Shown: positions 1-8,860 of the stretch, in pieces
Numbering within the stretch: the stretch's first letter is position 1
How the letters are laid out: every line of letters starts with the position of its first letter
From: a virus
Lineage: Duplodnaviria > Heunggongvirae > Uroviricota > Caudoviricetes
Reading direction: 5' to 3' (one strand)
Length of the DNA stretch: 42,580 nt
IMG/VR virus record: IMGVR_UViG_3300012344_000014
Coordinates: 1 to 42,580 of that record
Translations under genes and position numbers: made by a program
The notes under the pieces: generated by a model
Database searches by the model: none
Told to the model about the DNA's origin: nothing
The model's input: the letters and a program-made list of their open reading frames with translations, nothing else

Positions 1-67
1 TATGCCGCCGGATTTTCTCAACCAGCGGTTCAAGTTCCGGGGAAAGTTTCAGGTTCCCACCCGCCAT
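1..67 (-). CDS. Hypothetical protein, 5' part only (MAGGNLKLSPELEPLVEKIRRH...), runs off the left edge
   Basis: ATG at 67 preceded by GGAGG, directly after the stop of 69-503. Confidence 0.55.
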   Translation of the reverse strand, partial: MAGGNLKLSPELEPLVEKIRRH

Positions 68-68
68 A

Positions 69-503
69 TCACTGCACCTCCTGCAATTCGTCGAGACAGT
101 CCGCAAACAGTTCCCGCAATTTTTGCCCATGCTCGTTAGAGGTAAGCAAAATGCGGTTGAGTTTGTCAAATTCGCGCCGGTCGTCAGGCGCGTCATAACC
201 GTATTCGTCGATCATGTCCCACACGTCGCCGCAGTCAAAGCGGGAATCCACCGATGCGCACGCCAGAATGTTGTAATCGGACGGCTCATGGCGCGGGGAT
301 TTCTGCGTGTTGGCAAAGCTGTCTCCGAACGCGAAGGAATACCCGTGGTCGCCGCGCTCCAGCGTAATTTCCCACACGTTGCGCGGTTCGCGGTCATACG
401 GGAAGTACCGCATTTTTCCAACAAAATGCCGGCGAATCTTCACGCCCCATTTGCGCATGAATTCGCCGGCCTGAGCGTCGTATTCGGTTTTGTAACGCTG
501 CAT
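69..503 (-). CDS. Hypothetical phage early protein (144 aa)
   Basis: ORF with GGAGGAGG RBS, tightly packed in the leftward operon. Confidence 0.75.
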   Translation of the reverse strand: MQRYKTEYDAQAGEFMRKWGVKIRRHFVGKMRYFPYDREPRNVWEITLERGDHGYSFAFGDSFANTQKSPRHEPSDYNILACASVDSRFDCGDVWDMIDEYGYDAPDDRREFDKLNRILLTSNEHGQKLRELFADCLDELQEVQ

Positions 504-506
504 GGT

Positions 507-884
507 TCATTCCTCCTCCCTGTGCCACTGCAGTCCGCGCGCCTTATACAGCGGAATCCAGTGCTCGTCCATGAAGCTGTAACCGGCTCCATCGATGCCG
601 AAGAGGTAGCCGAAATCCTCCTGCTCGTAGATGCGGAAGCCACACTCGGCCATGAGCTCCAGCCCGTCTTCTTCCTCAAGCCAGTAATCGTCCTCGGAAT
701 CGCCGAACGACCACATCGTGCCCCACATGGGGAGATAATCCGCGTCCTCATCTCTGCGGCCGGGCGTAATTTCCCGCACCTCGTCGGGGTCAAGCCGTAT
801 CAGCTTTTCAACTACCGTAGTGGGCACCGCGTTAAATGAATTCACCCACGCGGTCGCAGCTTCTCGAATCGTATTGTACATCAT
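507..884 (-). CDS. Acidic hypothetical phage protein (MMYNTIREAA..., 125 aa)
   Basis: AAGGAG RBS before the ATG at 884; tight packing. Confidence 0.75.
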   Translation of the reverse strand: MMYNTIREAATAWVNSFNAVPTTVVEKLIRLDPDEVREITPGRRDEDADYLPMWGTMWSFGDSEDDYWLEEEDGLELMAECGFRIYEQEDFGYLFGIDGAGYSFMDEHWIPLYKARGLQWHREEE

Positions 885-886
885 GG

Positions 887-1015
887 TTATTTCTGCTCCT
901 TCCACACGTTATAATCCTGCGCCTTCATGACTGCCCAGCCGCCGTCCACCTTGACGACAACTTCATCGCCATAGGCGAATTCTTCCGCTTCCTTGCGAGT
1001 TGTAAAAATCATCAT
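887..1015 (-). CDS. Small hypothetical protein (42 aa, MMIFTTRKEAEEFAYGDEVVVKVDGGWAVMKAQDYNVWKEQK)
   Basis: GGGAGG RBS; fills the gap between its neighbours; below the ORF-track cutoff. Confidence 0.65.
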   Translation of the reverse strand: MMIFTTRKEAEEFAYGDEVVVKVDGGWAVMKAQDYNVWKEQK

Positions 1016-1033
1016 TGCGATATCCTCCCTTTG

Positions 1034-1633
1034 TCAGGTATGCACGTTATACTGGCTATGTCCGCGATAATCCGAATAGATCAGCCCGCCGCAGATTCCA
1101 CGCTTGCCGTTCTCGCACGTCTCCACGAAGTAATAATCCTGCGCGCCGTCCGGGTACAGCGTAATGGTCGCGCCCTCCCAGCCAAACGCCCGCGCCAAGG
1201 CTTTGCTGAACGCGCGCCGCATGTGTGGGTTCTGAGGAACATGGGCGCTCTGCGCCAGTTCAATCCGCGCCCTGCCGCTCCGATTCTCCGGGACGAACAG
1301 CTTCAAGGATTCCTGTTCGCCGGTGATGAGCTGTTTCAGCGCCGCGCGGTCTACGCGAAGGGTCTGCGTTAAACACATACCCTTGTTGCCGCCGACACTG
1401 CTCACCCAGCACAGCTGCAGGGTTCCCGCCGGAGTGATGCGCAGCCAGTTTCCGCAATCAGAATCGTAGAATTCGTCGCCGGTATTTGAAGCCAGCCATT
1501 TGCCCAGCCGGTCTGCGTTGATTAAAAAGCGGCCGTGCCGCCCGTCCAATTTTGCGCAGGTGCTCAGCGCGATGAATTCGCCGTCGCAATCCCGGCGCAG
1601 TGTGGCCAACATGGAATTTCCGTAAATGGACAT
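1034..1633 (-). CDS. Hypothetical protein (199 aa)
   Basis: ORF with GGAGGAGG RBS in the leftward operon. Confidence 0.75.
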   Translation of the reverse strand: MSIYGNSMLATLRRDCDGEFIALSTCAKLDGRHGRFLINADRLGKWLASNTGDEFYDSDCGNWLRITPAGTLQLCWVSSVGGNKGMCLTQTLRVDRAALKQLITGEQESLKLFVPENRSGRARIELAQSAHVPQNPHMRRAFSKALARAFGWEGATITLYPDGAQDYYFVETCENGKRGICGGLIYSDYRGHSQYNVHT

Positions 1634-1635
1634 GG

Positions 1636-1857
1636 TTATTTCCTCCTCCGTTTAATTTCGATTTCGTCCCAGTTGTTGCCCAGCTCCGGGTCAAGCAAAT
1701 GTTCCCGCCATGCCTGATGAATCGCGTCCTTGCGTGTCGGCGCAAACACGCTGCGCTTGCGCTCTCCGCCGGCAATGGTAACGTCGTAGGTTCCGCGATT
1801 ATTGGAATTTTCGCGATTATCCAGCCCGAAAAGGTCTGCCGTTTTGAGATTGCTCAT
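1636..1857 (-). CDS. Hypothetical protein (MSNLKTADLF..., 73 aa)
   Basis: AGGAGG RBS; ATGA-type tight coupling with the upstream gene. Confidence 0.65.
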   Translation of the reverse strand: MSNLKTADLFGLDNRENSNNRGTYDVTIAGGERKRSVFAPTRKDAIHQAWREHLLDPELGNNWDEIEIKRRRK

Positions 1858-2051
1858 TTTATTCCTCCTAACCAATCGTCTCCCGCATTGCTCAGCGGGT
1901 TCAACAGCCAGATTCCGTCCTCGTCCACCGACACGATTAACAGCCCGCTGCGATGTTCCGCGATGTCCCACGCATGCTGCGGGCAGGTATTATAGGCCGC
2001 CGACGCGGCCATGCTCAGCGCCAGATACAGCGCGGCAAGTTTCGCAATCAT
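1854..2051 (-). CDS. Small secreted or membrane protein (MIAKLAALYLALSMAASAA..., 65 aa)
   Basis: Signal-peptide-like N-terminus; GGAGG RBS; overlaps neighbours by 4 nt. Confidence 0.6.
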   Translation of the reverse strand: MIAKLAALYLALSMAASAAYNTCPQHAWDIAEHRSGLLIVSVDEDGIWLLNPLSNAGDDWLGGIK

Positions 2052-2269
2052 TCCATCCGCCCCCTCCAACTGCGAATTTGCCCGGCGTTATGGCTGAACA
2101 CATTGCCGAATACCTCCGCGCGGACTTCTCCGCCCTGCCGGGTGTAGACGTGCATATGCGTGACCGCCCAGATTCCGCCCACAAAAAATGCGCCGGTCAT
2201 CAGCACGATCACCAGCGCCACCGCTCCAACCTTGCGCCCAATTTGCGCAGATTCCCAGATTTTTCGCAT
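2048..2269 (-). CDS. Small single-TM membrane protein (73 aa)
   Basis: Hydrophobic stretch VGAVALVIVLMTGAFFVGGIWAV; GAGGAGG RBS. Confidence 0.65.
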   Translation of the reverse strand: MRKIWESAQIGRKVGAVALVIVLMTGAFFVGGIWAVTHMHVYTRQGGEVRAEVFGNVFSHNAGQIRSWRGRME

Positions 2270-2272
2270 GGG

Positions 2273-2449
2273 CTATTCCTCCTCTTCCTTTGCGCGCTCT
2301 TCGAATTCCGCGAGAAACTCGCAGAGCTTTTCGGCTTCTTCGATGCTGCATTTGTACTCTTGCATAAGCTCTTCTTTGTCCTCTTTGCGCCAACCGCCGT
2401 CATACAGATATGCCGCGCTGGTTTGGAGGACGATGTCCTTTTCACTCAT
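2273..2449 (-). CDS. Acidic hypothetical protein (58 aa, MSEKDIVLQTSAAYLYDGGWRKED...), ends in TAG
   Basis: AAAGGAGG RBS; TAG at 2273-2275 followed in frame by CCC ATG of the next gene. Confidence 0.65.
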   Translation of the reverse strand: MSEKDIVLQTSAAYLYDGGWRKEDKEELMQEYKCSIEEAEKLCEFLAEFEERAKEEEE

Positions 2450-2527
2450 GGGGTTCCTCCTTTGTTTTGCTGTGCTGAATTAATTAATTAGTATTGCTAA
2501 ACAAGAGGGTAAAAAATAAGACCAGCA

Positions 2528-2731
2528 TCATGGCTGGTCTGGTTTGGTTTCGTCAGACGGTGATAGATAACCGTCGGCGATGAGCTGCTTTGTCAGTGCG
2601 GCTATAATATAACTGTTAGTAGAATTGCCTGACGCAACTACATTTTCCAACGCTGCAGGGATACCTGTCTTATTCAACACACGAATAGTATATTTATGTG
2701 TGTTTTCTTTTTTCCAAGCTTCATTAGACAC
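2528..2731 (-). CDS. Putative ribbon-helix-helix (Arc/MetJ-like) DNA-binding protein
   Basis: Alternating beta-strand KYTIRV followed by helices ending NSYIIAAL; own extended -10 (TGATATAAT) near 2757-2765; GTG start chosen from RBS spacing. Confidence 0.5.
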   Translation of the reverse strand: MSNEAWKKENTHKYTIRVLNKTGIPAALENVVASGNSTNSYIIAALTKQLIADGYLSPSDETKPDQP

Positions 2732-3121
2732 ATCAACCGCCCCCAATCATAAGGGCATTATATCATGGCCGTCCCGGCAAAGTAAACCCCCTTCAACATC
2801 CGGGCAGATAGTGCATTTGGTTGAAAGCTCCCGCGCCGCGTCAAGGCATGCACTTTATGCGGGAGAAACAACGGCTTCAAGCTGGCATCAGAATAACCCG
2901 CATCGCAGCCTATTCGAATGAAACCGCCGCCGCGTACAGAAGTCGGGTTCTCTCACCACGCCGCCACTCATACACTACACGCCCGGCCGCAGCTCGCAGA
3001 ATGCAAGCCTATATGCAGCCTCCTATGCCATGTTTTCATGGCGGTACGTGCCCGTGTTTAGCCAAACCAGCAACCGCTTAACCATGCGGTCAAGCAAATG
3101 CCACGCCCTTCTGTACACCGG

Positions 3122-3140
3122 TATTCTGTTATCAAGGTTC
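3122..3140 (-). promoter_or_regulatory. boxA-like antitermination motif (GAACCTTGATAACAGAATA)
   Basis: Resembles Bacillota rrn boxA elements; near-copy at 11879-11897. Confidence 0.45.
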
Positions 3141-3356
3141 GGTTGATTTTGGTTTTCATCCGCGCTGTAATGGGTCATGGAGTTTGGCTATACGACAATC
3201 GTCGAACCATGATAGCGCGGGCAATAAAGGGATTGCATTCAACCGCCGCGGAGTTTGGTTATACAGCGTTCGCTGAACCGCGGAATTTAAGGTTTCCTGC
3301 GACGGCCGCAAGGGCCGTTTCGATTGCGAACCACACAATCATCATCAGGCAGGGTT

Positions 3357-3926
3357 TCAGGCAGCGACGTTCTGAGCATACCACTCAGGCAGGGAAGGGA
3401 ATTCAAACTTTCCGGCCGGAGCGTCCAGCGGCTTTTTCAATTCGGCATAGTCAAACTGTCCCTTTGCAATGCGCTTACAAATGTTGTACTCGCTGCGTTT
3501 CGCCTCAATTTCAGGCGCAAGCTGAACCTTTTCAGCCTTTTCGCGCGGTTTGCGTTCAGGTTTCGCCTTTTCATCCATGTGTTTCGCGTCAACAAACACA
3601 TCAGACGCAGCAGCAGCGCGGACAATCGAAGGAATGTTTTTCATGTCGATATGAATCGCGCAGGTTTCCTTTGTTACTTTGATTTTCGCGCAGGACATGC
3701 GCACAATTTCCTCCGGAACATGGTAACGAATTTCGTTCATGTCCAGCATGGTGAAATAGGTTTCGGACAGGTTCGCCATAATGGCGACCATATCGGTTTC
3801 GGGCTTTGCGCGCAACAAGGCGGAGAAGTAGTCAATGCAAGCATTGCGGTAACGGATTGCGGCATTCCCGGCCAGGCGTTTCTGTTCGGTTTTAGAAATG
3901 GTTTTCACGGTTTCGTTCGCGTTCAT
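3357..3926 (-). CDS. Hypothetical protein (189 aa), first gene of the leftward operon
   Basis: Long ORF, GGAAGG RBS, consensus promoter upstream. Confidence 0.75.
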   Translation of the reverse strand: MNANETVKTISKTEQKRLAGNAAIRYRNACIDYFSALLRAKPETDMVAIMANLSETYFTMLDMNEIRYHVPEEIVRMSCAKIKVTKETCAIHIDMKNIPSIVRAAAASDVFVDAKHMDEKAKPERKPREKAEKVQLAPEIEAKRSEYNICKRIAKGQFDYAELKKPLDAPAGKFEFPSLPEWYAQNVAA

Positions 3927-4000
3927 CGTTTTACTTCCTTCCTGCCCTCTATGGGGCGGTTCATTGTGGTGTTGGGGTGTCTGTCCCCTTGACGATTGCC

Positions 4001-4029
4001 ATTATAGCAAGGTGTCTGTCCCCTGTCAA
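4001..4029 (-). promoter_or_regulatory. Consensus sigmaA/sigma70 promoter (TTGACA-17 nt-TATAAT, extended TG) with a repeated 14-bp operator-like site
   Basis: Exact hexamers on the minus strand; GGTGTCTGTCCCCT at 3976-3989 and 4011-4024. Confidence 0.8.
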
Positions 4030-4149
4030 CCCCTTCACGCAAATTTTTTTTCGAATTTTCGCAACTTTTTTGTTTCGCGGCGGTTCTTTCATTATATAGC
4101 AAAGGGAATAATGTTAGATATATTTAACTGGTATTATAATGCAATATAA

Positions 4150-4366
4150 TGAAGGGATAGGGAAAAGATGAAGGGAAGGGAAGGAAGGGAAGGAAGGGAA
4201 GGCAGGGAGGGAGGAAGGAAGGGAAGGAAGGGAAGGAAGGCGAAGGACGGCGAAGGACGGCGAAGGCAGGACGGCAGGGCATCGGGGGAAAACGCTTTAT
4301 CAGGGTAGAGCGCTTCCCTCCGAGGGGTGGAGGGGTGGAGGGGTGGAGGGGTGGAGAGGTGGAGAG
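4150..4366 (+). repeat. Strand-biased purine/G-rich tandem repeats: (GGAA/GGGAA)n, GGCGAAGGAC repeats, (GAGGGGTG)n
   Basis: Directly visible low-complexity arrays. Confidence 0.9.
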
Positions 4367-5353
4367 CCAAGGCAGACGCTTCAGCAAAGTGAAGCGCTTT
4401 GGGCTGGACTACGTTAAATATTTAACGAAAAGGTAAACAGATGTTTACTGTTGTGAACAATTAAATGAGTGTTTAATTGTTAAATAAATAACTATTGCCA
4501 TGATGTGAACGCTCGTTTACCTAGGGCGATGCTAGACATTCCCTGCCATGGCTTTTATTCGCTTTATTGTGTATCGATATATATCATATTTATTTGAAAA
4601 AGTATGGGCAGGGACAAAAAAATAACAGGGCATAACAGTATATTATGACCTGTTATTGTATTTACGTTTGTGGCGTGTGGCGGCCTTCTAAATCCCCCAT
4701 GCCTGTTACATATCAACATATTTTCGCATTTTCTCTCGTGAACTCTCACAACCTTTCCTCACTTCGCGCCAGCTGATCTGGCAGAATGCCTTGCCTTAAC
4801 CCATTTCGCCGTGAATTGGTTATAAAACTATATTATAAAATGACCGCTGAAGCCCCCTAAAATGTCTCCCAATTCCCCTGAAAAACGTCCAAAAATTGCC
4901 GTTTTTGCTTCGATAAATATCAAAATAAATTTCGGCCTTGACCGTTGTTGGATATGTCGGGGGTGGGGTTCAGGCATAACCTTCCCGTTGCAGAGATATT
5001 TTTTCTTTGAAGCAGCAGCCCCAAGGCCGAGCCCCCAGAGCGAAGGCCAAGGCTGGGCACCGGTTTGCAATGTGAATTATTTAACAATACTTCTATGGAG
5101 TCTGCAGCCGCAAGGGCAAGGGCGGAGTTGGGGTCAGGTTGGGGTTCGGGGCGGTAGACCATAAATCCCTATACTTCAGAGCGTAGCGAATGAAGTTTAG
5201 GGATGCCCCTTTTCCTTAATTATAATTTCTTTGGTATATATCTATCTACACTACGTAGTAGTATATACTATTGACGGGGCTAACTCTATTTAGATCACCA
5301 AGAAATTGATCGCATAACGCAGGTCTAAATTTGGTATCACAAAAAATATTTTT

Positions 5354-5396
5354 CAAAACTGAAAAAATGGGCATTAGAATGTTCCCTTTATTAATG
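5354..5396 (+). promoter_or_regulatory. Phage-specific bipartite motif CAAAACTGAAAAAATG-N8-AATGTTCCCTTTA, copy 1
   Basis: Identical blocks and spacing recur at 11818-11854. Confidence 0.55.
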
Positions 5397-5421
5397 ATTG
5401 ATTAAATCAGGGGGACCTGCC

Positions 5422-6822
5422 ATGGAAAACTTTTACGACGTTGTGAACCGCCTCTGCGACCTGTATATCTCATACCGCGGCCGTTACGTGATGATGCTGC
5501 CCCAGGAGGGGAAGATCTTCATGCCAAAGACCAGCTCTGGTCCCGCGAAGCTGACCAACCGTGCGGTGTGCCAGCACCTGAACCGGCAGATCGCAATCAG
5601 CGTCTTCGCCGGCGCGTATAGCAGCAAATTCATCTGCTTCGACGTCGACTATCCCGATCCGTTCGAGGTGAAGAAGCTGATCGAGATCCTGACCGGGTAT
5701 GGTGTGCCCCGCGATCTGATTTACGTCAGCACCAGCGGCGGCAAGGGGTATCATGTCGAGATCTTTTTTGACGGGCTCGTGTACACCGAGCAGCTGCGCA
5801 AGTTCTACGACTGCGTATGCGTAGACGGCAACTTCGACCCGCACAAGATAGAGTTCAGGCCAACCAGCGGGCAGGCCATTAAACTACCGCTGTCGGTGCA
5901 TTGCAAGACCCGGCGGGTGTGCTGGTATTTGGATCAGGATACGCTGCAGCCCATCGAGGATCCGGCTTACGTATTGCAGATTCAGCAGATGGCGGTCGCC
6001 GATTTCGAAAAGGTGCTGGAAATCCTGCCGCCGCGCAAACCGTTCGATATGCCGGAGAATGAAACAGTTCCCACGCGAAAGATGAAGCGTGCAGACCTGG
6101 ATCGGCTAGAAGGCGACGGCTATCCCGATTTGTTAGAGCCGGGGCATCGGCATAACACGATGCTGGCTATCGGAATTCATAACCGCTATCGCGGGCTGAG
6201 CCAGGAGCGTAATCGCGAGGAATTGCTCGCCTGGGCGGCGCGTCAGCCGGAGGATTTCCTGCTTCAGTCGCCGGCGGCATTGGAGCGCGAGACAGACGAT
6301 ATCATGCGTTGGGTCTACAGCGAGCAGTTCGCCATGAAGGCGGCCGTTGACAGGCCTGTCGTGTTTACACCCAAGGACATTGCGTATTGGGCGGAGCAAC
6401 CGAATCGAATTTGCCGGCGGCTGATGTTCTTGCTGGTATGGGGCGGGAAGTATTGGAACTGCTGTCAGATGAGTTATGAACGGATTGGGAAGTTCCTTGG
6501 CGTTACAGACGTCAGCGCGTCAGGCGCTGTACGAAAAATGGTTGAAGGAAAACAGATTTCTGTGGAGCATGGGCGTGTGCGGATAAAGGACGGACAGCCG
6601 GTGCGAACGGCGAATCGGTACTACCTCTTCAGTCCGGAGCCTGATCCGATCGCGTGGGACTGCCTGGCGGACGAATTTACGTTGGAGCCGCAAATGGCTG
6701 CTCCTACGCCGGAGAATTTCAAGACGGTTTACAAGGCGGTGCTGCAGGCCATGGTGCCGCAGGCGCGGCTGAAAAAGATTATGGGGGCGAAGGAATATGC
6801 CGAAATACAAGCCGATGAATGA
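5422..6822 (+). CDS. Archaeo-eukaryotic primase (AEP)-superfamily replication protein with C-terminal helical/wHTH region
   Basis: Motifs FICFDVD (DxD), STSGGKGYHV (sxH) and IKLPLSVH; C-terminal HTH-like SYERIGKFLGVTDVSASGAVRKM. Confidence 0.75.
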   Translation: MENFYDVVNRLCDLYISYRGRYVMMLPQEGKIFMPKTSSGPAKLTNRAVCQHLNRQIAISVFAGAYSSKFICFDVDYPDPFEVKKLIEILTGYGVPRDLIYVSTSGGKGYHVEIFFDGLVYTEQLRKFYDCVCVDGNFDPHKIEFRPTSGQAIKLPLSVHCKTRRVCWYLDQDTLQPIEDPAYVLQIQQMAVADFEKVLEILPPRKPFDMPENETVPTRKMKRADLDRLEGDGYPDLLEPGHRHNTMLAIGIHNRYRGLSQERNREELLAWAARQPEDFLLQSPAALERETDDIMRWVYSEQFAMKAAVDRPVVFTPKDIAYWAEQPNRICRRLMFLLVWGGKYWNCCQMSYERIGKFLGVTDVSASGAVRKMVEGKQISVEHGRVRIKDGQPVRTANRYYLFSPEPDPIAWDCLADEFTLEPQMAAPTPENFKTVYKAVLQAMVPQARLKKIMGAKEYAEIQADE

Positions 6823-7084
6823 AGCTTATGCGGCCGAGCAGGCGCAGAAGTGGCGGGAATTCTATGACGCGAACGCCGCGCTGTTCAAGGCCGACCCCGA
6901 AGCGCACAAGGCCGGAGTCCTACAGATGGCGGCGGAATTTGGGGCAGGACTGGATGAGGACGAAGATCTTTCGGCCTGCTATGCGGGGCTGATGGCTTAC
7001 AACTGTATCCGGTTGGGGCTGAAGCTGCCGGTGTCTAACGGGGAATTTGTAGCCGCTATCCAAGGCGGCGTTAAAAGGGAATAA
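6815..7084 (+). CDS. Hypothetical protein (~89 aa)
   Basis: ORF overlapping the stop of the primase gene; start could be 6797. Confidence 0.6.
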   Translation: MNEAYAAEQAQKWREFYDANAALFKADPEAHKAGVLQMAAEFGAGLDEDEDLSACYAGLMAYNCIRLGLKLPVSNGEFVAAIQGGVKRE

Positions 7085-7139
7085 CCCCTTAAAATCGATG
7101 GGGTTGGTGTATCCGGAATGAAGAGAACGGCTCCCTTAT

Positions 7140-7409
7140 TCAGCCGTACCTCTTGTTTCTGAAAGCTGTTTCTGCGAATAAGGCGCAGAGAACTTTTATG
7201 AATGTGTATACAATGGAGACGCATACGGCCACCGTTGTAATGAATCCAAAGAAGTTCAGGCCGAAGTCCTACACCGCTGCTATGCTGCCAACTCGAATCA
7301 TTTGTACGATCGAGAGGAGCAGGCTGATGTCATTCGCAGCTTTGTATTTCAGGAGCAAGACGTCGAACAGGGTGGACAGCTTTTCAGAGTGCAGGTTCTA
7401 CTTCTACAT
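7140..7409 (-). CDS. Hidden small membrane protein, family A copy 1 (89 aa; TAG at codons 2, 4, 47)
   Basis: GGAGG-9nt-ATG; open to TGA if TAG is sense; ungapped similarity to 8088-8357 (AANDI..SIVQM..LCALFA). Confidence 0.75.
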
Positions 7410-7640
7410 AGGCAAATACCTCCAAATTTATTTGCCAAGGTATGCTATGCGGGAGAGCCCGACAACACGTTTTCTTTATTCTGGATGGGATTGGGTGGGG
7501 GAAACCTTGAAAACTGAATAACAATTTGGTTGACACAAAGCAACACGCGACGCTGGATTGCGCCGTTCCCAGGAAACCGGCGGTTTATCCTCAGCAAAGC
7601 ATTACGATTTTACATTCCCAAAGTATGAGCAATATTTCGA

Positions 7641-7934
7641 TTACTCATGCCGCGGAAATTGGGCAGCTGATGCCGGTTCGTTGCCCGACATCGCAATTGC
7701 CCATTCCTAGAGCGTGAGCAATAAGCCTATTACTCCTACCGCGGGAATAATGCAACCGAAGAATGCCAGCAGAAAATCAACCACAGATATGTCTGTACAT
7801 TCCTTGAGCATAATAGCCAAGGCCAGAAGCGCTCCGACAATGGATATGGCGGAGACAAACAATCCGACGCATGACAGGACAAGGCAAATACAGGCAATGA
7901 TCTTTTCTTTTTGAAGATTCTACAGATACTACAT
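7641..7934 (-). CDS. Hidden small membrane protein, family A copy 2 (97 aa; TAG at codons 2, 5, 76)
   Basis: AGGAGG RBS, extended -10 TGATATAAT at 7996-8004, two long hydrophobic segments; DFLLAFFG aligns with DFGLNFFG of copy 1. Confidence 0.75.
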
Positions 7935-8087
7935 AGGCAACTACCTCCTGAGATATATTGCCGAGGTTTGCTATGAGGCGTGAACCTTCAAGTTCATTAT
8001 ATCATGCGTTCGTTGCTTTGCGTAGGGTTAGGGGCGGGTAACGTTGGAAACGGAAAGAGGCAACCTCCAGGAAGCTGCCTCTCTGGC

Positions 8088-8357
8088 TTATTGACTTTGC
8101 GGCGGTGCAAATAGAGCACAGAGCAGTTCTATTACAAGCAGCACCTATGCAGCGCAGTTTGCAATTTCCGTAGAGTACCCGGCGCAAGATAAGATAAACT
8201 CTATTGCGCCCAATACAGTTTCGGAGGCCACCATTTGCACGATGGACCAGAACAGCGCTATGTCGTTTGCCGCACCGTATTGTATTCCAATGCAAAACAA
8301 TGTGATGCCAAGGAATACGATCAATAAGTCTTTGTGCCAGGAATTCTACTTCTTCAT
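8088..8357 (-). CDS. Hidden small membrane protein, family A copy 3 (89 aa; TAG at codons 4, 71)
   Basis: GAGAGG RBS, extended -10 TGCTATAAT at 8422-8430; paralog of 7140-7409. Confidence 0.75.
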
Positions 8358-8573
8358 AGACAAAATACCTCTCTTTTCAAAGTATCGCTGAGGCATGCTA
8401 TGGGGCGAACCCGGCAAGTTCATTATAGCACATCTTTTCGTTTCCAACATCTCTTCTTTGCTGAGAAACCCTGTTATTATACGGGTTTCGAAAGATATGC
8501 CGACGAGGTGGTACAACCTATCTACCTCGCCGGTGGAACTCATTGAACATCATGAATTATTGGAGGAAAACAC

Positions 8574-8831
8574 ATGAAACAGGAACATTACACCAATCTC
8601 ACGGACGCGCACATTGCTTATGAATCTGCGAAGGCGCGGGGAAACGGTATCGCCGGCGCAAAGGAAACACTGAAGAACCTGCTGTTTAATTACGCGCAGG
8701 AAATCATTGACGATCTTGGCGGCCAGCAGGCGCTGCATGATAAGATCGCCGATCTGGAGGCTGAGGTGGAGGCGCTGAACGAGGCGCTGGACGAGGCTGA
8801 TAAGGAACTGGCTGGCAAGAAGAACAAGTAA
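8574..8831 (+). CDS. Coiled-coil hypothetical protein (85 aa)
   Basis: GGAGG RBS; heptad pattern LHDKIADLEAEVEALNEAL. Confidence 0.8.
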   Translation: MKQEHYTNLTDAHIAYESAKARGNGIAGAKETLKNLLFNYAQEIIDDLGGQQALHDKIADLEAEVEALNEALDEADKELAGKKNK

Positions 8832-8860
8832 ACGACAACAAACAGAGGAGGTATTCAAGG

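Noticed and set aside
4124..5164. Short Pro/Ser-rich and other ORFs in the intergenic region
   Set aside because: Translations of low-complexity repeats, with no RBS.
7153..8546. Plus-strand ORFs 7153-7521, 7526-7717, 7714-7914 and 8334-8546
   Set aside because: No RBS; they are antisense shadows of the hidden TAG-containing minus-strand genes.
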